In this document: positions 15,006-20,400 of the stretch, one piece after another | Layout: the number at the start of each line of letters is the position of its first letter | Numbering within the stretch: the first letter of the stretch is position 1 | DNA from: Alphaproteobacteria bacterium | GTDB taxonomy: Bacteria > Pseudomonadota > Alphaproteobacteria > SMXQ01 | DNA length: 24,245 bases | Reading direction: 5' to 3' | Assembly (NCBI GenBank): GCA_050480665.1 | Contig: JBJHAU010000001.1 | Coordinates: 1-24,245, forward strand | The notes under the pieces: model-generated | Told to the model about the DNA's origin: nothing | Database searches by the model: none | The model's input: only the letters and a program-made list of their open reading frames with translations | Program-made: the position numbers and the translations under genes

Positions 15006-15395
15006 TCAGGCCCCCGTCAGCAAGGCAACGACCCAGGCCAGGATCGTCAGCAGGAAGGATGCTCCCACAACGGCCCAGCCGGACCGGCGGGCCACCGGCA
15101 GGGAAAAGCCCATGCCGATATCCCAGAACAGGTGCCGGATGCCGTTGCAGAGATGATAGAACAGCGCCCAGGTGAACCCGAACACCACCACCTGACCCGG
15201 CCAGGACTGCACAAGCCCCTGCACCGTGGCGAAGGCCCCGGCGCCGGAGGCCGCCGCCACCAGCCAGACCACCAGGCCCACCGCGCCAAGGCCAAGGGCC
15301 ACGCCGGTGATCCTGTGCAGGATCGACAGCACCGAGGTGATCTGGGGACGGTAAACCTGAAGATGCGGGGAAAGAGGCCGGTTGTCATGTGCCAT
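15006..15395 (-). CDS. sdhC: Succinate dehydrogenase cytochrome b556 subunit
   Basis: MAHDNRPLSPHLQVYRPQITSVLSILHRITG; YHLCNGIRHLFWD.G.G. ATG 15395 preferred over 15413 (GGAG 12 nt upstream). Confidence 0.96.
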   Translation of the reverse strand: MAHDNRPLSPHLQVYRPQITSVLSILHRITGVALGLGAVGLVVWLVAAASGAGAFATVQGLVQSWPGQVVVFGFTWALFYHLCNGIRHLFWDIGMGFSLPVARRSGWAVVGASFLLTILAWVVALLTGA

Positions 15396-15671
15396 GGGGG
15401 CAGGAAACTCCATTGATGGCCATTGCCGATGGCCCTTGCGAACGGCAAAACGGCAGAACAGCCCGTGCCGACAGCCCTCGCCGAGGGCTCAGACCGATGG
15501 CCCCCGCTGTGAACCATGACGCGCCGGATGTCTCCCAATCCGATCGCGCAGGGGAAGGGGCGGGATTTCGGAACCGACTTCCGAAGCCGCATCGCGCGGA
15601 ACCGGGAACGCCACCATGGGCAGGGCCGGGGGCCAGGCCACAGGCAGAACCGGAGACAAGGCGTGGGGTTT

Positions 15672-15700
15672 CGTTTAGACCCATGCGATTTACGAGTCAA
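15672..15700 (-). promoter_or_regulatory. Candidate sigma70 promoter of the sdh operon: TTGACT-N17-TAAACG
   Basis: -35 TTGACT (15700-15695, 5/6 consensus), 17-nt spacer, -10 TAAACG (15677-15672). It implies a ~270-nt leader. Confidence 0.55.
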
Positions 15701-15789
15701 CGCCCACAATGGTTCATTCTGGCGGTTTGCCGCAACGCGACAGGGCAACGGTTTTCCGCAACGGCATCCTGTGGCGCAAGGCGCGAGGC

Positions 15790-15878
15790 ACGCCACGGCC
15801 CCCACACCCGCCCCCCCACCCGGTGGTCGGCTTCTTGGCAAGAGGGTCAGCCCTACGCCACGGCCCCCCCACCCGGTG
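15790..15878. repeat. Imperfect direct repeat with C-tracts; canonical G-quadruplex motif on the minus strand (15799-15821)
   Basis: acgccacggccccc at 15790 and 15855; cccccccacccggtg at 15811 and 15864. Minus strand GGG-T-GGGGGGG-C-GGG-TGT-GGGGG. Confidence 0.7.
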
Positions 15879-16075
15879 ACACCGCCCGAGAGCATCCGCA
15901 AGGGATTTCACGGATTGCGACAAGACACGCAGCAGGCTGCCTTCGCGAAGAGGTAACGGAAGGGCTTTTTTCCAGCCGGGCGAACCCCATCCATGAAGCC
16001 ATGAGGGAGGCATGGCGACGACCCCTCGAAGACTTCCTTTCAAATCAAGGGGCTGGAGCCCGGCCCGTGAAGGCC

Positions 16076-16136
16076 TGTGGGCAGTTCTGTGGGAAAGATG
16101 TGACCAGATTGTGGACAGCGCGGATTCTGTGCACAG
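16076..16136. promoter_or_regulatory. Array of five co-oriented DnaA-box-like 9-mers
   Basis: TGTGGGCAG 16076, TGTGGGAAA 16088, TGTGACCAG 16099, TGTGGACAG 16110, TGTGCACAG 16128; spacing 12, 11, 11, 18. Each has 1-3 mismatches to TGTGNAWAA. Confidence 0.45.
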
Positions 16137-16310
16137 GATTCTCTGCGGCCGCACGGCATTTTTCTTGCCCCTGCGCCGCGGCGCGCGCACCCTGATTGCA
16201 GTACAGTGAGGTCACGAACCGACAAGGATCGCACGCCGTGGTATTCGGGGGGACGCCCGGAAACGCGTGCGGGAGACCGGTTCGAAGGTCGGGAGAATGG
16301 TCGGAGGCAC

Positions 16311-16654
16311 TGGCCGGTTTTCCTGACCTGGTCTGGCGGTTCAGACGGGTGATCCGGCCCAGCCGGGTTCTGTCGATCCCCGAGCCCACCTGCCAGGGTG
16401 GGCGCCGCCATGCCGGGGGGCATGTTTTCGCCGCCTTGCCCGGATCAACCGGGAAAGGCAGGGTCAGGCAGGCCAGAGAGCACGCTTCCCGGTGGACAGG
16501 CCCCTTGCGGGGCGCGCGCCGAGGGGTTTCCTGATGCGCCGGGCCGAAAGGGCCGGTGCGGAATCGAGCCCCGGAAGCTGCGCCGATGTCCGCCGCCCAG
16601 GCTGTATGCGAGGCACCGGGAGGATGGCTCAACCTCCTCCCGGTGCCTTTTTTT
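16311..16654 (+). ncRNA. Candidate structured non-coding RNA (5' end unknown) ending at an orphan intrinsic terminator
   Basis: Seven consecutive hairpins, a long-range helix (16311-16330 with 16459-16475), a GAAA-capped hairpin and a plus-strand terminator with no credible plus-strand CDS upstream. I did not recognise a family. Confidence 0.4.
16611..16654 (+). terminator. Rho-independent terminator
   Basis: Perfect 14-bp stem aggcaccgggagga/tcctcccggtgcct, 10-nt loop, T7 run at 16648-16654 (first T is also the last stem base). There is no A-tract on the 5' side, so it is oriented for a plus-strand transcript. Confidence 0.85.
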
Positions 16655-16795
16655 CTCACGGTGCCTTTTTTCTCCGACCTGCCCTTTTCCCGCCTCGACC
16701 ACTGTTTCGTCCGAAGGGCCTTTGGGCCCGGCTTTCGCGCGAAGGATCGGCCGGAAACCCGGGCCCGATACGGGCGGCTTCTATCTTGCCCCGGA

Positions 16796-17698
16796 TCACC
16801 CCTCGTTTTCGGCCTTTCTGGCGTCCAGCATGTCGGCCATGGCCACCAGACGCCGCGCATCCTCGACATGAAGGGCTTCCACCATCCGCCCGTCGAGAAC
16901 GGCCACCCCCTTGCCTTCGGCCCGGGCGGATTCGAAGGCGGCGATGATCCGCCGGGCATCCTCCACCCGTTCCGGGACGGGTCCGAAGGCGGCATTGGCC
17001 GGGGCGATCTGGCAGGGATGAATCACCTGCTTGCCATCGAACCCAAGCATCCGGCCTTGCGCGCAGGAGGCCTCGAATCCCGGCCCGTCCCGGAAGGGCG
17101 GAAAAACCCCGTCGAGAATTCCAAGCCCATGGGCCCGCGCCGCCATCAGGGTCTGTTCCAGCGCATAGAGCATCGCGGTGCGGGGTGGACTGCCATCGGC
17201 CCGCAATTCGGTGGCCAGATCCTCCAGCCCCATGCAGAACAGGCGCAGGGCCGGATGGCTTGCGGCGATTTCGGCAGCCGCCAGAATGGCCCGCGCGGTT
17301 TCCATCATCGCCCACAGCGCTGGCGCGCCCTCCGAACGGCCCAGCCTGTCGCCCAACCGGCGAAGGGTTTCGGGATCGGTCACCTTGGGCACCAGAAGCG
17401 CATCCACCGGGGCCGAAGCGAAGGCCTCGCAATCCGCCTGGCCCCAGGGGGTGTCGGGCGCATTGATCCGCACCACCCGTTCCCGGTCGCCATAGCCCCC
17501 TGCCGTCAGCGCGTCGAGAATGGCGGAACGGGCTTCATCCTTGGCATCGGGCGCGACCGAATCCTCGAGATCGAAGATCAGGACATCGGCATCAAGGCTT
17601 CGCGCCTTGTCATGGGCGCGCCGGTTCACACCCGGCAGATACAGCGCGCTGCGCCGGGGCCGGAAGGCAGGAGAGGATGTGTGCGAAGAGGGATTCAT
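16796..17698 (-). CDS. HpcH/HpaI-CitE family CoA-ester lyase, most similar in motifs to malyl-CoA thioesterase/lyase (Mcl2-like)
   Basis: RRSALYLPG; ADVLIFDLEDSV..DAKDEAR; VVRINA.DTPWG; LLVPKV; WAMMETA; MG.EDLA.EL; LDGV...F.D..G; G...GFDGK..IHP.Q; GVAVLDGRMVE.LH. Start at ATG 17698 preferred. Confidence 0.88.
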   Translation of the reverse strand: MNPSSHTSSPAFRPRRSALYLPGVNRRAHDKARSLDADVLIFDLEDSVAPDAKDEARSAILDALTAGGYGDRERVVRINAPDTPWGQADCEAFASAPVDALLVPKVTDPETLRRLGDRLGRSEGAPALWAMMETARAILAAAEIAASHPALRLFCMGLEDLATELRADGSPPRTAMLYALEQTLMAARAHGLGILDGVFPPFRDGPGFEASCAQGRMLGFDGKQVIHPCQIAPANAAFGPVPERVEDARRIIAAFESARAEGKGVAVLDGRMVEALHVEDARRLVAMADMLDARKAENEG

Positions 17699-17811
17699 GA
17701 GAGACAGGCTCCGGTTGCGCCAAGGACCGATGAGGGCTCGACAATCCATGCCAGCCTAGCCTTCGCCCGCGACCGGGGCAACCGGGGTGCCATACAGGAG
17801 CGCCCTGTTGC

Positions 17812-17859
17812 GTGATGTGTGGCATGATGTGTGGTGTCATGTGCGGTGTCATGCAAGGG
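17812..17859 (+). repeat. Four 12-bp tandem units (consensus RTSATGTGYGGY)
   Basis: gtgatgtgtggc/atgatgtgtggt/gtcatgtgcggt/gtcatgcaaggg, between the divergent lyase and LysE genes. Confidence 0.85.
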
Positions 17860-17984
17860 ACCACGGGGGCGCCGCCGGGGAAGGTTCGGGATCGCTTGCG
17901 CGGCTGTTGTGTCGGCCTTCCGGGAAGGCTAAGAATGTCTGTCTCCGAACGCGGGACGGAAAACAGGGAAAGCGTCCTGACCGC

Positions 17985-18695
17985 ATGTTCATCGCGGAGT
18001 TTTTCATCAAGGGCCTGATCGTGGGCTTTCTCGTGGCGGCGCCGATCGGGCCTGTCGCCGTGATGTGCATCCACCGCACCTTGAATCATGGGCGGCTTTC
18101 CGGCCATGTCTGCGGTCTTGGAGCCAGCTTCGCCGATACCGTGCTCGGCGCCATAGCCGCCCTGGGACTTGGCTTCCTTGCCCATGAAATCGTCGCCAAC
18201 CAGAACTGGCTACGGCTGGTGGGCGGGGCGGTTCTCTGCCTTCTGGGGCTGCGCATGGTCTTTGCCCGCCGGCTTTCGGGACGCACCAAGGCCCAGGAAA
18301 TGGCTGAAACCCTGGCCGAAGCCAAAGGGCTGCGCCATCCCGCAGCCGGGCGTCAGGGGTTCGACGCCCATTTCGGCAATTTCGCCTCGGCCTTTGTCGT
18401 GATGTTGACCAACCCGGTCACCCTGTTTTCCTTCATCGCCCTGTTCGCGGCGATCGACATCGGCCGCATCGGCGAGGAGCTGCGCTGGGGCGGCGCCCTG
18501 GTGCTGGGCATCTTCGCAGGGAGCGTCCTGTGGTGGAGCCTTCTGACCCTGTTATCGAGCCTGTTCCGCCATCATCTGGGCAGCGACGGGCTGTTGTGGA
18601 TCAACCGCGTTTCAGGGGCGCTGATCCTGGCCTTCGGCATGGTTGTCCTGTTCTGGCCGGCGACCCTTGATGAGTTGCGCGGGCTCGACATCTGA
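17985..18695 (+). CDS. LysE/RhtB-family translocator
   Basis: MFIAEFFIKGLIVGFLVAAPIGPVAVMCIHRTL..G..G...GLGA..AD; F...F.V.LTNP.T; G.F.GS.LWW..L; INRVSG..I..FG. Only convincing plus-strand gene. The ORF-track start at 17787 is probably too long. Confidence 0.9.
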   Translation: MFIAEFFIKGLIVGFLVAAPIGPVAVMCIHRTLNHGRLSGHVCGLGASFADTVLGAIAALGLGFLAHEIVANQNWLRLVGGAVLCLLGLRMVFARRLSGRTKAQEMAETLAEAKGLRHPAAGRQGFDAHFGNFASAFVVMLTNPVTLFSFIALFAAIDIGRIGEELRWGGALVLGIFAGSVLWWSLLTLLSSLFRHHLGSDGLLWINRVSGALILAFGMVVLFWPATLDELRGLDI

Positions 18696-18795
18696 CCACG
18701 GCTGACCACGACCTTCCCGGCCGTGCCCTTCCTGCCCCGGGACTGACCCGCCATCGCGCATCCGCAAGGCCGGGCAGGGATGCGGATTCCGGCCG

Positions 18796-19815
18796 TCAGG
18801 AATCCAGATAGGATTCCGCCAGAAGTTCGGCGATCTGCACCGCGTTCAGGGCCGCGCCCTTGCGCAGGTTGTCCGACACCACCCACAGGCTCAACCCATG
18901 CTCGACCGAGGCATCCTCGCGAAGTCTCGACACATAGACGGCATCATGGCCGGCCGATTCCACAGGGGTCACGTAGCCTTCATCGGCCCGATGGTCGATC
19001 ACCACCACCCCGGGCGCCTCGCGAAGGATTTCGCGCGCCTCGTCGGCCGAAAGCGGCGCTGCCATCTCGATATGGATCGCCTCGCCATGGGCGACGAAAG
19101 TCGGCACCCGCACGCAGGTCGCCTGAACGCGAATTTCGGGATCGAGAATCTTCGCGGTCTCGACCCGCATCTTCCACTCCTCCTTGGTCGATCCATCCTT
19201 CATGAAGACATCGATATGCGGAATCACGTTGAAGGCGATCTGCTTGGTGAAAGCCGCCTTCGAGACGGGATCGTTGACGAAGATTCCCCGGGTCTGGTTG
19301 AACAGCTCGTCCATCGCCGCCTTTCCGGCACCCGAAGTCGACTGATAGGTATCGACGACAATCCGGCGAATGCCCGCGGCATCATGCAGCGGTTTCAGCG
19401 CGACCACCATCTGGATGGTCGAGCAGTTGGGATTGGCGATGATGTTCCTTGCCCGGAAACCGGCGATGGCCTCCGGGTTGACCTCGGGCACCACAAGGGG
19501 CACCTCGGGATCCATCCGGAAATGCGATGAATTGTCGATGACCACGCAACCGGCCGCCGCCGCCCTCGGCGCATGCTCCCTGGCCACGCCGCCGCCTGCG
19601 GAAAACAGGGCGATATCGGTTCCGGAAAAATCGAAGGTCGCAAGGTCGCGGGCCTTCAGGGTCTTGCTGTCCCCGAAGGACACCGCCTTGCCGATCGAGC
19701 GTGACGAGGCCAGCGCCACCACCTCGTCCACAGGGAAATCCCGTTCATCGAGTGTCTGCAGCATTTCGCGTCCGACATTGCCGGTGGCACCGACAACGGC
19801 AACCTTGTAGGCCAT
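18796..19815 (-). CDS. asd: Aspartate-semialdehyde dehydrogenase
   Basis: MAYKVAVVGATGNVG; LFSAGG; VIDNSS.FRMDP.VPLVVPEVN; IIANPNCSTIQ; TYQS.SGAG; IAFNVIPHID; TCVRVP.F..H.E; DNLRKGAALNAVQIAE. GAGGAG SD upstream. Confidence 0.98.
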   Translation of the reverse strand: MAYKVAVVGATGNVGREMLQTLDERDFPVDEVVALASSRSIGKAVSFGDSKTLKARDLATFDFSGTDIALFSAGGGVAREHAPRAAAAGCVVIDNSSHFRMDPEVPLVVPEVNPEAIAGFRARNIIANPNCSTIQMVVALKPLHDAAGIRRIVVDTYQSTSGAGKAAMDELFNQTRGIFVNDPVSKAAFTKQIAFNVIPHIDVFMKDGSTKEEWKMRVETAKILDPEIRVQATCVRVPTFVAHGEAIHIEMAAPLSADEAREILREAPGVVVIDHRADEGYVTPVESAGHDAVYVSRLREDASVEHGLSLWVVSDNLRKGAALNAVQIAELLAESYLDS

Positions 19816-19901
19816 GATATTCGTTTGCTCCTCAGATTCCTGATCTCTCGGATGGGTTTCGATTCTTCGGTTCTGATGCGCTTTTGGCTCTGATACGGAT
19901 G

Positions 19902-19973
19902 TTCCGAAACCCGTTCCGCCCGGGCTTCCGGCCCCGTGATTCCGGTTCAGCGCTTCCGGTGTCGTGCTTCCGG
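19902..19973 (-). repeat. Six phased TTCCG motifs (CGGAA on the asd sense strand); last four at exact 14-bp period
   Basis: ttccg at 19902, 19914, 19926, 19940, 19954, 19968; gcttccgg in three copies. Confidence 0.75.
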
Positions 19974-20090
19974 CAAGAATCCTGTCAGGGCCTCGCCGGG
20001 CCTGGATACTCTCTGGAGATACTCTCCGGGCTGCCCGAAACGGAGACGCCCGCACGACAGACCATCGCACGGGCACCGAAAGAGGGGATA

Positions 20091-20119
20091 AGACTAACGG
20101 ATGACGATGGGAAACACAA
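20091..20119 (-). promoter_or_regulatory. Candidate sigma70 promoter for asd: TTGTGT-N17-TAGTCT
   Basis: Hexamers at 20119-20114 and 20096-20091. It implies a ~270-nt leader containing the CGGAA array. Confidence 0.45.
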
Positions 20120-20400
20120 GGCCGACTCCGGGAACGGGGCGGCATTCCCTCGCCTTCGCCTTCCCTTTGCTTTCCTTGCTCCCCCCCTTCCCGATCCCGT
20201 TTCCCTCCTCTTCGCCCCCATGGCGCCAGAACGACACCGAAGGATACGGGAAGGATACGGGAACCGGAATGAACGACGAGGGACAGAACAGATACAGATC
20301 ACGAAGGGAAGGGACGGGGCAGGCTTCCCCCAGGCTTCAACCAAGCTTCTTTCAGGGAGCCCCCGCTCCCGAAAACCCGCCCCGTTGCCGGATGAACAGC

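Noticed and set aside
16030-16200. Replication origin (oriC)
   Set aside because: The boxes are all degenerate, there is no AT-rich unwinding element or DnaA-trio run, no CtrA sites are seen, and the flanking genes are not those usual for alphaproteobacterial origins.
16183-16200. Sigma54 promoter (cgcgcac-cctga-ttgca)
   Set aside because: The -12 TTGCA is good, but the invariant -24 GG is CG.
16012-16209. 65-aa plus-strand ORF preceded by GAGGGAGG
   Set aside because: It has an SD-like sequence but no protein-like features, and it runs through the DnaA-box-like array. It is not supportable without Ribo-seq or conservation.
16274-16290. tRNA/tmRNA T-arm (gaccGGTTCGAAggtc)
   Set aside because: No TCC closing the T-loop, no acceptor stem or CCA, and no other tRNA or permuted-tmRNA elements.
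16474-16534. Glycine- or SAM-I-like riboswitch words (GAGAG...GGTGGA...GCCGAGG)
   Set aside because: Essential conserved elements (CUCUCAGG; AUC/GAU P1 and GCAACC) are missing, and no plus-strand gene lies downstream.
16599-16614. Group II intron domain V-like start (ggctgtatgcgagg)
   Set aside because: The complementary 3' half (CACGUACGGUUC-like) and domain VI are absent, and there is no RT ORF.
16625-16645. alpha-r14/CcsR (cuckoo) sRNA
   Set aside because: Only one CCUCCUCCC, and it lies in the terminator stem rather than in repeated hairpin loops.
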